The notes: generated from the letters alone by a model not told the origin. DNA of 64,000 bases from an uncultured Acidobacteriota bacterium (GCA_963713825.1 CAVQNG010000005.1:352001-416000); one strand, 5' to 3'. Counted from the stretch's first letter, positions 47,117 through 56,472 are shown. Program-made: numbers and translations.

Positions 47117-48160
47117 TCAGACTTCAGTCAGCTCTTCCACCGTCAGCGAGCAACCCCGCAGCTCGGCTCCCGCTGCCCGTCCAGTCAGTCGGACGCCGCC
47201 GTCCTCGGCCATCCCGAGATCTTCGGTCAGCAGATGCACGGCCGAGCTGAGATTCGCCAGGTCGAAGAGGGCGATCAGGCCCTCCTTGCCCGGGGTCTGC
47301 TCGGCGAGTGTTGTCGGCTCGAGAATGCGGCATCTCACCCAGTGGGGTGGAACGAACAAGTCGGTGTCTCGGCCGACCAGGGCCTGGGTGTAGAGCTGAC
47401 TCGTGAGCTCCGTCATGCCGTATTCACGGACCACGGAGGAGGTTGCGATGCCGAGCCTCTCCGACAGGCGAGCGAGAAGATCGACTCGAGATACCTCCCG
47501 GGTACGGCCTTTGTAGCCCCCGGTCTCGAAGACGACGCTGCCGGCAGGCAATCGAAACCGTAGGTCGAGTCTCTCGAGGGCCTCGAGCAGAGTAGCCAAG
47601 GCAAAGGCCGTCGTCAGGAGGAGTGTCGCTCTGCCATCGCGCTGACGGGCCGCCAGGAACGATCGGGCCTTGGTGGCGTCCAAGCCCCGATTGCCGAACG
47701 CGGTCGAGCTCTCGGGCGCGCCGTGCTGGGCGAGCACGTGGTCGATCATGAACGAGAGGCTGGAATCGGGAGCCTGAGACCGAGTCGGAATCAGGGAGAG
47801 CATCGGGGGCCGGGTCATGGTCCCGAGGCAGGCCGGGGCGAAACTCGCATCGATGGTGGCGCGATACAGATCCGGGAAGCCATGCCTGTGCACACTTCGC
47901 GGCCCACCCGAGGTGCCGCTGCTGCGGAAAGTCTCCTGGGCCGGCGCCGCAGCGAGATCCATTGTCTTGAAAGCCAGCGTGGGCACCATCGGCACGTCGG
48001 ACCAATGAGCGACCTTGCCGGGGATCGCGTCGTGCTTTTCACAGAGGCGCCGCAGAGGTTCGATGTGCTCGAACTGATAGGCGAAGGCCTCCAAAGCCAG
48101 TTCCTCGAAGTTCGCGGTGGCCGATTCGGCGAGGTACTGGGTGATCTTTGAAGCCAACAT
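47117..48160 (-). CDS. LuxE-like acyl-protein synthetase
   Basis: FEELALEAFAYQ, FRSSGTSG, FETGGYKGR, EYGMTELTSQ, DLAN, TEDLG, GRAAGAELRGCS. Start placed at ATG 48160. Confidence 0.82.
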   Translation of the reverse strand: MLASKITQYLAESATANFEELALEAFAYQFEHIEPLRRLCEKHDAIPGKVAHWSDVPMVPTLAFKTMDLAAAPAQETFRSSGTSGGPRSVHRHGFPDLYRATIDASFAPACLGTMTRPPMLSLIPTRSQAPDSSLSFMIDHVLAQHGAPESSTAFGNRGLDATKARSFLAARQRDGRATLLLTTAFALATLLEALERLDLRFRLPAGSVVFETGGYKGRTREVSRVDLLARLSERLGIATSSVVREYGMTELTSQLYTQALVGRDTDLFVPPHWVRCRILEPTTLAEQTPGKEGLIALFDLANLSSAVHLLTEDLGMAEDGGVRLTGRAAGAELRGCSLTVEELTEV

Positions 48161-48316
48161 CCCGCCGATTCTGCCATGAGGAGCGGCCAACAGGACGTCC
48201 GAGCCGTCTGGCCGGGTCCTGCGTGGAGCCGGAACAGGGAGGCGTGCCTTCTGGTAGAGTGCGGCAACTCGAGCCCAGAGCTCACAATAGAGAAGCACTT
48301 CAGGAGTCGGCAGAGA

Positions 48317-48685
48317 ATGGCTGAGACGTTTCCCTACCCCTACAAGGTCGAGGTCGACAAGGCACCTCGAGCCCGCGCTCCGAAGCAGGTTGCCGTCATC
48401 GACCAGACCGGTTGCACGGGCTGTGAGGCCTGCCTCGCCTTTTGCCCCGTCGACTGCATCGAGATCGTTGCCGGTCCGGAGCATCCCGATTTCATGAAGC
48501 TGGTCGAAGTGGATCTCGAGCGCTGTATCGGGTGTCAGCTCTGTGCCCGCTATTGCCCCTGGGAGACCATCGACATGTGGTCCTACGACGAAGGGGTCGA
48601 AGCCGCTCCAACCTTGACCATCCGTTCCTTGCTCTACAACTACGATCCGGAGCAGATGCACGAATCTGCGGAGAGCCGTGGCTGA
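48317..48685 (+). CDS. 2[4Fe-4S] ferredoxin
   Basis: CTGCEACLAFCP and CIGCQLCARYCP; ATG 48317 follows AGGAG. Confidence 0.88.
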   Translation: MAETFPYPYKVEVDKAPRARAPKQVAVIDQTGCTGCEACLAFCPVDCIEIVAGPEHPDFMKLVEVDLERCIGCQLCARYCPWETIDMWSYDEGVEAAPTLTIRSLLYNYDPEQMHESAESRG

Positions 48686-48896
48686 AAAGGCAGGGCCAGA
48701 CCCGTCCCCCGGATTCGATCCCGAGCTGGACGCCGCGCTCAAGAAGGTGCTGCAGGTGATCTATAGGGAGCATCCCTTGAGCCCCAACCAGATCCTGGTC
48801 CTGAGCTCGGAGCTGCAGCGCATCGGGGTCCATCGGCTCGTCGAAGGACATCTGGACAAGTACCGCCAGCGCCACCTCGACGCCGAACCGGACTAG
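48678..48896 (+). CDS. Small hypothetical protein
   Basis: 72 aa; GTG start overlaps the ferredoxin stop with GGAG upstream; high-GC3 codon usage. Confidence 0.55.
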   Translation: MAEKAGPDPSPGFDPELDAALKKVLQVIYREHPLSPNQILVLSSELQRIGVHRLVEGHLDKYRQRHLDAEPD

Positions 48897-48998
48897 CCAC
48901 CCCCATCTCGAGAGCTCGAAAGCTGGAGATTCAGGATAGCGTTGGAGCCACGTCGCAGCGCAGGGTTGGGCCGCGCCGTGGGTTCCAGGAATGTGGTG

Positions 48999-49601
48999 AT
49001 GCCGAACGTTCTCTTGGACGACACCAGCGAATCGGACTGGCAGCTGCTGTCCAGGACGGCTGAAGGTGAGGAAGATGCCTTCAGACAGTTGGTCGAGCGC
49101 CACCAGGATCGTCTGGTCGGGCTCTGTCAGCGGTTGCTCGGGGATCGCGAGGAAGCCCTGGATGCCGCTCAGGAGGTTTTCCTCAAGACCTACGGGAAGG
49201 CTGGCTCGCTGCAGCCGAAGGGTGAGCTCTTCACCTGGATGTATCGAGTGGCCACCAACCACTGCCTGAACCGAATCCGGCGTCGCAAGCTGGCTCAGTT
49301 CCTGTCTCTGACCCCCGATCCAGGCGCCGAGGCCGCGAGCCTGGAGCCGGTCGATAACGCGCCGGACGCCCTCGCCACCCTGGAGAGTAGGCGTCGCTGG
49401 CGGCAGACACTCGAAGCGATCGGGGCATTGCCGGAGAGCCAGAGAGTCGTGCTCATCCTGGCTCGATTCGAGGGTCTTCCCTATCGGCAGATCGGCGAGA
49501 TTCTGGGCATCTCGGAAGGAGCGGTCGAAAGTCGGCTCTTCCGGGCCATGCGACACCTCAAGGGGGCACAGGAATCTGCCTCTCTGGGGGTTTCAAGATA
49601 A
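48999..49601 (+). CDS. ECF sigma-70 factor
   Basis: AFRQLVERHQ, DAAQEVF, TWMYRVATNHCLN, EGLPYRQIGEILGISEGAVESRLFRA. Confidence 0.92.
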   Translation: MPNVLLDDTSESDWQLLSRTAEGEEDAFRQLVERHQDRLVGLCQRLLGDREEALDAAQEVFLKTYGKAGSLQPKGELFTWMYRVATNHCLNRIRRRKLAQFLSLTPDPGAEAASLEPVDNAPDALATLESRRRWRQTLEAIGALPESQRVVLILARFEGLPYRQIGEILGISEGAVESRLFRAMRHLKGAQESASLGVSR

Positions 49602-49612
49602 GGGCAACGACG

Positions 49613-50053
49613 ATGGATCGAAAGACAGAACAACAACTGCTCCGACTACTGGTGGGCGAGCTTTCCGACGAAGCAGCCCAGAACCTGAGGCTGCGCCTGG
49701 AAAATGAGAGCGAGCTGCAGCACGCCTTCACCGTGTTGCAGGAGCGCTGGCAGACCCTCGAGCTCCCACCTCTCGAGACGGTGCATCCGAGCTTCACGAG
49801 TCGCGTCGTCCGCCAGGCCGTGACAGGACCTTCGTTCGAAGCTGCAGGCCTGGGTCGTTCTTCCCCCCTCTGGGCTCGGGCGACTGCCGCTGTAGCCCTG
49901 GCGGGCGGCATCCTCGTGGGCGTATTGCTGGCGAGTCCATCGGACACAGACGAATGGGCTGGCTGGAGTGCCATCGAGCAGACACAAGCCGAGGTTTACT
50001 GGGAGACGCTGAGTGCATCTTCGGACAATCTCGTGCGGGAGGACCTGCGATGA
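49613..50053 (+). CDS. Putative anti-sigma factor (single TM)
   Basis: Follows the ECF sigma gene; N-terminal LL..GELS helical domain and one TM segment. Confidence 0.65.
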   Translation: MDRKTEQQLLRLLVGELSDEAAQNLRLRLENESELQHAFTVLQERWQTLELPPLETVHPSFTSRVVRQAVTGPSFEAAGLGRSSPLWARATAAVALAGGILVGVLLASPSDTDEWAGWSAIEQTQAEVYWETLSASSDNLVREDLR

Positions 50054-50559
50054 AGCCGATCTGGCTGTGGATTGCCCTGTTGCTGTCGGTCGGCGTCAAT
50101 CTCGGCGTCTTGGCCACCGTCGGCACAACGCACTTGCGCGAGCCTGCCCGGTGGGAACGCGGCGCAAGAGAGGAGCGACCGCCGGTTGCGCGAGTCGCCG
50201 ATCGCCTCGGGCTCGAAGGTGAGAGCCGCGACGCGTTCATCCTGATCCAGAACGAGTTCTTTGAGGGCATGCAAGAGAGTCGTGAGGAGCTGGAGGACCT
50301 ACGGCATCAGCTCCGGCAGGAGTCGATGGCCGACAGTCCCGACCAGGCTGAAGTGGACAGGCTGATCGCGGAGATGGGGTTGGCCTACGCTCGGTTGGAT
50401 CGGGTGTTTGTGGACAACGTCCTGAAGAGCCGCGAGGTTCTGGATCCCGCCCAGGAACGAGACTATCTGAAGTTCTTGGAGAGGCTACAGCAACGGGGTC
50501 GTTCCGGCCACAGGAGACCGGAAGGTCCTCCCAGATCGCCAGTTGAGCGGCGACCATGA
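50050..50559 (+). CDS. Periplasmic heavy-metal sensor / Spy-CpxP-ZraP-like protein
   Basis: N-terminal TM (LLLSVGVNLG), coiled coil, PDQAEVD, and VLDPAQ (LTxxQ-like). ATGA coupling to the previous gene. Confidence 0.72.
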   Translation: MKPIWLWIALLLSVGVNLGVLATVGTTHLREPARWERGAREERPPVARVADRLGLEGESRDAFILIQNEFFEGMQESREELEDLRHQLRQESMADSPDQAEVDRLIAEMGLAYARLDRVFVDNVLKSREVLDPAQERDYLKFLERLQQRGRSGHRRPEGPPRSPVERRP

Positions 50560-50560
50560 A

Positions 50561-50608
50561 AAGGGCCTAGGGGTTTAAGGGCGTGGGGGTGTAGGGGTCT
50601 AGAGGCCT
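50561..50608. repeat. Degenerate 8-bp tandem repeat (6 units, ARGGGYNT-like)
   Basis: aagggcct aggggttt aagggcgt gggggtgt aggggtct agaggcct. Confidence 0.7.
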
Positions 50609-50713
50609 GGTCGTCGGCTCGAAATTTGCAAATGCACAGATGCAAGAAGCGCAGCGGCTTGATAGTCTGCGCGAACTTTGCGATTAAGGAAGGGATAATA
50701 AAAGGAGAATTCG

Positions 50714-51403
50714 ATGGATCAATTCAGGAAAATGAAGGTTGCAATGGCACTCGGGCTGGTCTTGATGGCGCTGCAGCTGGCGGGCGTCGCCACAGCCTGG
50801 GGGCAGGACGAGTACGACAACTGGATCGCTCGGGGCCACTACGTGCATGTCTGGCCGAGCTCGGACACGCTACGGGTAGAGAATCCCCCCGGCCAGAATC
50901 CCCCCGTTTTCACCGAGTTCTGGGCTGATGGCGGCAACGGTTTCAATGGCGAGCTCGAGTACCTGGTGCGGCCGAACATCGGAGTGTGGGCTGGCTTGAC
51001 CTTCGACAACATGAAGACCAATCTGAAATTGGAGCAGGGTGACATCACCGCGTATGCCAATGACAGAGTCGACCTGAGGCAGATCAACATTGGCGGCAAC
51101 TACCACTTCATGCCGAGCGGTCGATTCGACTTCTACGCTGGAGTGCTGCTTTCCTGGGTGGGCTACAGCTCATCGACCTTCAATTTCAGTGAAGTGGATT
51201 ATGACTATCAGGTGAAGTACGACGACGAGCTGTCCTGGGGTCTGAGCGCAGGCGTCGATATTCCCTTTGGGCAGAACACCTCGTGGTTCGGGTCGGCCCA
51301 GGTCAGGTACATGTTCCTGGCGTTGGAGGGAGACAACAACATCTACGCCCTCACCGTAGATCCGGTACAGGGGTTCTTCGGCATCGGCTACAGCTGGTGG
51401 TAG
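50714..51403 (+). CDS. OmpW-like small outer-membrane beta-barrel
   Basis: AAGGAG RBS, signal peptide, NYHF.P...FDFYAG, terminal VDP....GIGYSWW. Confidence 0.72.
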   Translation: MDQFRKMKVAMALGLVLMALQLAGVATAWGQDEYDNWIARGHYVHVWPSSDTLRVENPPGQNPPVFTEFWADGGNGFNGELEYLVRPNIGVWAGLTFDNMKTNLKLEQGDITAYANDRVDLRQINIGGNYHFMPSGRFDFYAGVLLSWVGYSSSTFNFSEVDYDYQVKYDDELSWGLSAGVDIPFGQNTSWFGSAQVRYMFLALEGDNNIYALTVDPVQGFFGIGYSWW

Positions 51404-51437
51404 AAGCGGCCGGTGTCCCTGCGGGACAGGCCGCGAC

Positions 51438-51762
51438 GGATGAGGCGGTCGTCGTACCTCCGACCGACCCTTGAGGGCTTGAGGTTGAGGCGACCTGCGC
51501 TTCGCGCGGTCGATCCTTGAGGCATTGGGCCACTGGGGCACTGAGGCAGTGAGGGCAAGTCCAAGGGCTTAGAGGCGTAAGGGCTTAGGGGGGTGACGTG
51601 GCGGGGCTCTCGATGCACCCTGTTCATCTGAGTCCAGATAACGGTTCAAGGTCGGGGCCCCTGGACCCTCAAGCCCTCAAAGGCCAGCCGAAGGAACGAC
51701 GGCTGGTTCAACCCCCAAGCCCTCAGAGACCAGCCGGGAGGTACGACCGGACGCCTCAACCC
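51438..51762. repeat. Composite intergenic inverted-repeat element, copy 3
   Basis: Forward units (TTGAGGGCTTGAGGTTGAGGCG) on the left, inverted units on the right. 51736-51762 is identical to 40306-40332 (27 bp). 8-mer repeats at 51563-51594. Confidence 0.78.
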
Positions 51763-51798
51763 TTGAGGACCAAGCCCTGGGCTTGGGGCCGAAAAGGT

Positions 51799-51822
51799 GT
51801 GGCCCCACAGAAGTGGGGCCAC
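51799..51822 (-). terminator. Possible intrinsic terminator hairpin between convergent genes
   Basis: GTGGCCCCAC-agaa-GTGGGGCCAC is a perfect 10-bp stem; on the minus strand it is followed by ACCTTTT. Confidence 0.4.
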
Positions 51823-51890
51823 GGTGGAGGGATGAGGGAGAAGGGGGAACAACCCTCCTGATCGTTTGGTCTGGTCGGGGGGGCGGAACG

Positions 51891-54359
51891 TTACAGGTTG
51901 CGAGCTCGGGCTGAAGGCTCCGGGGCAGAGGCTGGCGCTCCACCAGCCGTTGCCGAGAAGAACTCCTTCGCCGCTTCCCCGGGCAACCCGGTCAAGCCCT
52001 CGGGACCCTCTGATGGGAGCCAATCCTCGGGCAGGTGATCCCGATAGGGTGAGACCAGAAACCGCTCGTCCAATAGAGCGATCACCCCGGTATCTCCGGC
52101 GGATCGAATCAGGCGACCGGCGGCCTGGACCACCCGGGTCATGCCTGGTACCACGAAGGCGTACTCGAAGCCCCGTTCGAAGCGCTCATCGTAGTAGCGC
52201 TTCAGGAGCTCCTGCTCGAGGCTGACCGCAGGTAGGCAGGGGCCGACGATAGCCACGGCCTTGAGCATCTCTCCTGGATAGTCCACCCCTTCCGCGAAGA
52301 CCCCTCCTGCCACGGCCAGGAGCAGAACGTCGCCGGCCAGGGCTGAACGGAGACCCTCGAGGATCTCATCGCGCTCGCGATCGGTACCCGCGGACCGTTG
52401 AATGATTACCCTCTTGCTCTTCAGCCTGAGCCGTTCTGAGACCTCGTTCAGGAACTGATAGCTCGGAAACAGGGCGAGACAGTTGCCAGGCACTTCTTCT
52501 GCGAAGGCCGCCAGGTTGTCGGCGATGCGGGGGTAGTTCTCCGGCCGCTTGCGCCAGAGCGTGGCCACGCTGTCGTCGATCACGAGTCGCCGGTTCTCGG
52601 GTGGAAAGGGGCTCGGCACCGACAGGCTGGCGGTTCGTTCCGGGTCGAAACCGAGCAGGTCTCGATAGAACTCAGTGGGAGACAGTGTCGCCGACAGCCC
52701 GATGGCGGAGTGGGTTCGATTCAGGACCTGACCGAGGAAGGCGCTCGGATCTTTGCAGAGCACCTTGAGGGTGCCGCCTTCGGATGCGGTTTCGACACAG
52801 TGGCTGAAGGCCTCGCCTGTTGATAGCACGAGGCCATCGAGGAACCGCAGCTGGCAGAAGTAGAGATCCACGAAAGGATCGTCCGGTCGGAAGCTCGAGG
52901 TCTCCTTCCGGTGCTCGAGATAGTCGATGAAGGTCTCGTCGAAGGCCGGGCGCAAGGCCCAGAGCTCGGCCTCGGGCAGCTGGGCTTCGGTGGCCCGCGC
53001 CGACCCGGTGACCTCTTCCATGGCCATGTCGACGGTGCGATCGATCAGGTCGCCGAGGTCGCGGCAGAGCTTGCTGGCCGCACGGTGGACGTCGCTGGAA
53101 CCTCTCTGCATGAATTCGAGCGCCGCTCTGGCCTGCCGGGAGGACAGGGAGGGGCTGTAGTAGTCGCGCCCGCGTCCGACGAGGTTGTGGATCTCGTCGA
53201 TGATCAGGATGACATTGCTCAGGTCGTTCTCGGCGTGGAACTGGCTCAAGCCTACATAAGGATCGAAGGCATAGTTGTAGTCGCAGACCACGACCTGGAC
53301 TTTCGAGGTCAGCTCGAGGCTCACTTCGAAGGGGCAGACTTCCGCTTGCCCTGCACTCTCGAAGATCCTGTCGGGAAGTAGAAGGCCGCTCTCGGCCATC
53401 AGCTCGGGCACCAGCCCCGATCCGTGAAGCTTGGAGTAGTACTCCTTGGCGAAGCGGCAATACTCCTCGTGGCACAGCAGCTGATCGTTGGCGCACATCT
53501 TGGCCTTGGCACGGAGTCGCAAGGAGTGGAAAGCGTTGTCGCCTCCTGTGAGGAGCTCGAGGACCTGAGTGGCCATCTCCTGCTGCAGGGTCTTGGCCGT
53601 CAGCACAAAGATCTTCTTGTCGCTGGCCAGCGCATATCGCAGGGCGGGTAGCAGCGCCGCTACGGTCTTACCGATGCCGGTTGGGGCCTCGACCAGGAGG
53701 TGGTCGCCCTGCAGCAGTGCCTGCTCCACGGAGTCGAGGATGATCTCCTGTCCTGGTCGTTCTGCCTCGTAGGGGAAGACCAGCTTCTCGGCCGCTACGC
53801 GCCTTCGTGCCAGGGAGGCCTTTTGGGAATCGAACTCCCTGAGCAGCCCGTTGATCCGCTTGCGAACGGCCCCATCCATCGCCGCGAAGCTGAAATCGAG
53901 GGCTTCATGGTCGACGTTCTCGGTGCCGATCTCGATCCACACCAGCTCCGCTCCGACCTTTCGTTCACCACCGCGCTGCAGGATCCAGGCATAGAGCAGG
54001 GCCTGTTTGGAGTAGATCTCTCGGAGCGCGTTGGAGGGCCGAGAGCCCCGCCGCAGAGATTTGATCTCCTCGACGATCACCGTTTGGTCGGGATCTCGCC
54101 TCAGCCCGTCGATGCGGCCATGAACGGTGATCTCCCAGCCGCGATGCGAGAAGGTCGAGGAGATGGAAACCTCCCGCTGGTAGGCGGGATCGGCAGCCAA
54201 GGCCGCTTCCTGATAACGGCTGTGGATCGCCTGTCCCAACCAGAGACGCTCGTGGCCGCCTCGATTGGCAAATCCCAGGTGCCGAGCCAGGGAGGCGTCA
54301 ACGAGGTCTCCGACCGAGAGCTCCAACGTCAGGTTCGAAGAGTCGAAGCGCGGCGGCAT
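51891..54359 (-). CDS. XPD/DinG-family Fe-S helicase with N-terminal PD-(D/E)XK (Cas4/RecB-like) nuclease domain
   Basis: GQAIH..GRIDG..EEIKS..QALLYA, then RPGQ, EAPTGIGKT, a four-Cys cluster (MC..C...C...CPFE), IDEIHNL, SAT, EGVD, QAAGRLIR. Confidence 0.88.
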   Translation of the reverse strand: MPPRFDSSNLTLELSVGDLVDASLARHLGFANRGGHERLWLGQAIHSRYQEAALAADPAYQREVSISSTFSHRGWEITVHGRIDGLRRDPDQTVIVEEIKSLRRGSRPSNALREIYSKQALLYAWILQRGGERKVGAELVWIEIGTENVDHEALDFSFAAMDGAVRKRINGLLREFDSQKASLARRRVAAEKLVFPYEAERPGQEIILDSVEQALLQGDHLLVEAPTGIGKTVAALLPALRYALASDKKIFVLTAKTLQQEMATQVLELLTGGDNAFHSLRLRAKAKMCANDQLLCHEEYCRFAKEYYSKLHGSGLVPELMAESGLLLPDRIFESAGQAEVCPFEVSLELTSKVQVVVCDYNYAFDPYVGLSQFHAENDLSNVILIIDEIHNLVGRGRDYYSPSLSSRQARAALEFMQRGSSDVHRAASKLCRDLGDLIDRTVDMAMEEVTGSARATEAQLPEAELWALRPAFDETFIDYLEHRKETSSFRPDDPFVDLYFCQLRFLDGLVLSTGEAFSHCVETASEGGTLKVLCKDPSAFLGQVLNRTHSAIGLSATLSPTEFYRDLLGFDPERTASLSVPSPFPPENRRLVIDDSVATLWRKRPENYPRIADNLAAFAEEVPGNCLALFPSYQFLNEVSERLRLKSKRVIIQRSAGTDRERDEILEGLRSALAGDVLLLAVAGGVFAEGVDYPGEMLKAVAIVGPCLPAVSLEQELLKRYYDERFERGFEYAFVVPGMTRVVQAAGRLIRSAGDTGVIALLDERFLVSPYRDHLPEDWLPSEGPEGLTGLPGEAAKEFFSATAGGAPASAPEPSARARNL

Positions 54360-54423
54360 GGGCGGAGTATAAGGGCTCTATCGCTGTTGCAACCGTCAGA
54401 GTCCTGGGTTACGCTGATCTGTC

Positions 54424-55437
54424 ATGCCTACTAACGAAGGACCAGGAAAAACCGTCGTCGAATTCCCCAAAGTGCCGAAGCTGCCAAAGCTGCCGGCGGG
54501 GGGAGTCCAAATCGTTGTCATAGCGATCATCGTCCTGATTGTGATCTCGTCGAGTGTTTATACGATCGAGCCGGAGGAAGTCGGCGTCGTCGTTCGGCTC
54601 GGCAGATACAACGGCACCACAGATCCCGGCCTGCACTTCAAGCTGCCTCTTGGTGTCGACAAGATCTTCAAGGTTGCAGTGCAGCGCCAGCTCAAGCAGG
54701 AGTTCGGCTTCCGGACCCTCGAGCCTGGGGTGCGCAGCCAGTTCACCACGGCCGGGCTGCAGGACGAGTCCAACATGCTGACCGGAGATCTCAACGCGGT
54801 CGTGGTCGAGTGGGTGGTGCAGTATCGGGTCGTCGATCCGTACAAGTACCTCTTCAGGGTGCGAGAGGTGGAGGAGACCTTCCGCGACCTCAGTGAAGCG
54901 GTAATGCGCAAGGTCGTGGGCGATCGGACCGTCAACGAGGTCCTGACGGTTGGTCGCCAGGAGATCGAGGATCTGGTCAATCTGCAGCTGCAGGAGCTTT
55001 GCGATCAGTATGAGACCGGCATCAGGGTAGAGCAGGTCGTCCTCCAGGACGTCAATCCACCAGACCCGGTCAAGCCTTCCTTCAACGAAGTGAACCAGTC
55101 CGAGCAGGAGCGCGAACGGATGATCAACGAAGCGCAGTCGGAATACAACAAGATCATTCCGCGGGCCGAAGGCGAAGCCCGCCAGACGGTGCAGCAGGCC
55201 GAAGGGTACGCGATGGATCGTGTGAATCGAGCCCAGGGTGACGCGGCGCGATTCAATTCGATGTACACGGAATACCGCAAGGCACCAGGAGTCACTCGCA
55301 CGAGGATCTACCTCGAAACAATGGAGAAGATCCTGCCTCTGGCGGGGCGTAAGGTGATCCTGGACGAGGAGCTCGAGGGGGTGCTCCCATTGATGAACCT
55401 CGATGGCACGACCCGACAGCAGGGAGGTGGCCAGTGA
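54424..55437 (+). CDS. hflK: FtsH protease modulator HflK
   Basis: GVVVRLG, PGLHFKLP, MLTGDLN, LQDVNPP, IIPRAEGEA, TRTRIYLETME. Confidence 0.93.
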   Translation: MPTNEGPGKTVVEFPKVPKLPKLPAGGVQIVVIAIIVLIVISSSVYTIEPEEVGVVVRLGRYNGTTDPGLHFKLPLGVDKIFKVAVQRQLKQEFGFRTLEPGVRSQFTTAGLQDESNMLTGDLNAVVVEWVVQYRVVDPYKYLFRVREVEETFRDLSEAVMRKVVGDRTVNEVLTVGRQEIEDLVNLQLQELCDQYETGIRVEQVVLQDVNPPDPVKPSFNEVNQSEQERERMINEAQSEYNKIIPRAEGEARQTVQQAEGYAMDRVNRAQGDAARFNSMYTEYRKAPGVTRTRIYLETMEKILPLAGRKVILDEELEGVLPLMNLDGTTRQQGGGQ

Positions 55438-56366
55438 CGCGCATCGTCCCCGTCGTCCTCCTGGTGCTACTCGTCGTGGTGTTCGCCAACGCCGCCTTCA
55501 TCGTCAACGAGTGGGAGCAAGTGATCATCACCCAGTTCGGTCAGCCGGTGCGAGATCCCATCGTTACGCCGGGTCTGAAATTCAAGATCCCTTTCATCCA
55601 GAAGCTGCATCGATTCGACAGGCGATTCCTGGAATGGGAAGGGTCCGTCGCCGAGCTACCCACGAAGGACAAGGTCTTCATCCTGGTGGACGGCTACGCC
55701 CGCTGGAGGATCAGCGATCCCCTTCTTTTCTTTCAACGCCTGAGAAACGAGATGGGTGCGCAGTCCCGACTCGACGACATTCTGGATGGTGAGACCCGCA
55801 ACGCCATCGCCAAGCACGAGCTGCTGCAGGTGATTCGCTCGACGAATCGGGTGCCAGAGGTCGACGAAGCCATGCCCGAGCTGGAGGGGCATCTGGAAGA
55901 AATCAGCGAGGGCCGTGGGGACATCAGACTGCAGGTTCTCAAAGCGGGCCAGGAGAGAACCGCCGATCTCGGGATCGAGGTGCTCGATGTGCAGTTCAAG
56001 CGCATCAACTACGGCGAGCAGGTTCTACAAGATGTCTATCAGCGGATGACCTCCGAGCGCAGTCGAATCGCCGAGCGTTTCCGTTCTGAAGGTCAGGGCG
56101 AGAAGGCCGGGATTCTGGGTGACATGGACCGCGAGCTCAAGCGAATCCAGTCGGAGGCCTATCGGGAGGCCGAGGGCATCCGCGGCAAGGCCGATGCCGA
56201 GGCAACCGACGTCTATGCCCAGGCCTACAATCAGTCGGACGATTCCCGTCGGTTCTACGAATTTCTCAAGACCATGGAGACTTTCGAAGCGACGGTCGAT
56301 GCTGAAACGCTGTTGATGCTGTCGACGGATGGCGACTTCTACCGATATCTCAAGGGAAGCCAGTAG
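55434..56366 (+). CDS. hflC: FtsH protease modulator HflC
   Basis: IITQFG, PGLKFKIPFIQ, ARWRISDP, RMTSERSRIAERFRSEG, FYEFLKTME. Confidence 0.93.
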   Translation: MTRIVPVVLLVLLVVVFANAAFIVNEWEQVIITQFGQPVRDPIVTPGLKFKIPFIQKLHRFDRRFLEWEGSVAELPTKDKVFILVDGYARWRISDPLLFFQRLRNEMGAQSRLDDILDGETRNAIAKHELLQVIRSTNRVPEVDEAMPELEGHLEEISEGRGDIRLQVLKAGQERTADLGIEVLDVQFKRINYGEQVLQDVYQRMTSERSRIAERFRSEGQGEKAGILGDMDRELKRIQSEAYREAEGIRGKADAEATDVYAQAYNQSDDSRRFYEFLKTMETFEATVDAETLLMLSTDGDFYRYLKGSQ

Positions 56367-56472
56367 CAGCTGCGACAACCGCCTTTCTGAGTCGACCCTT
56401 CCATAGCGGAGTAGATTTCCCAGAGGGTATCCTCTTGGCTGCACGAGTCGGTCTGCGGACTGGCAAGAAGAC

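Noticed and set aside
45746-48160. Bioluminescence operon
   Set aside because: No luxA, luxB or luxD in the window.
47117-48742. 541-aa extended LuxE ORF
   Set aside because: The N-terminal ~190 aa are the antisense of the ferredoxin gene; LuxE-like sequence begins near ATG 48160.
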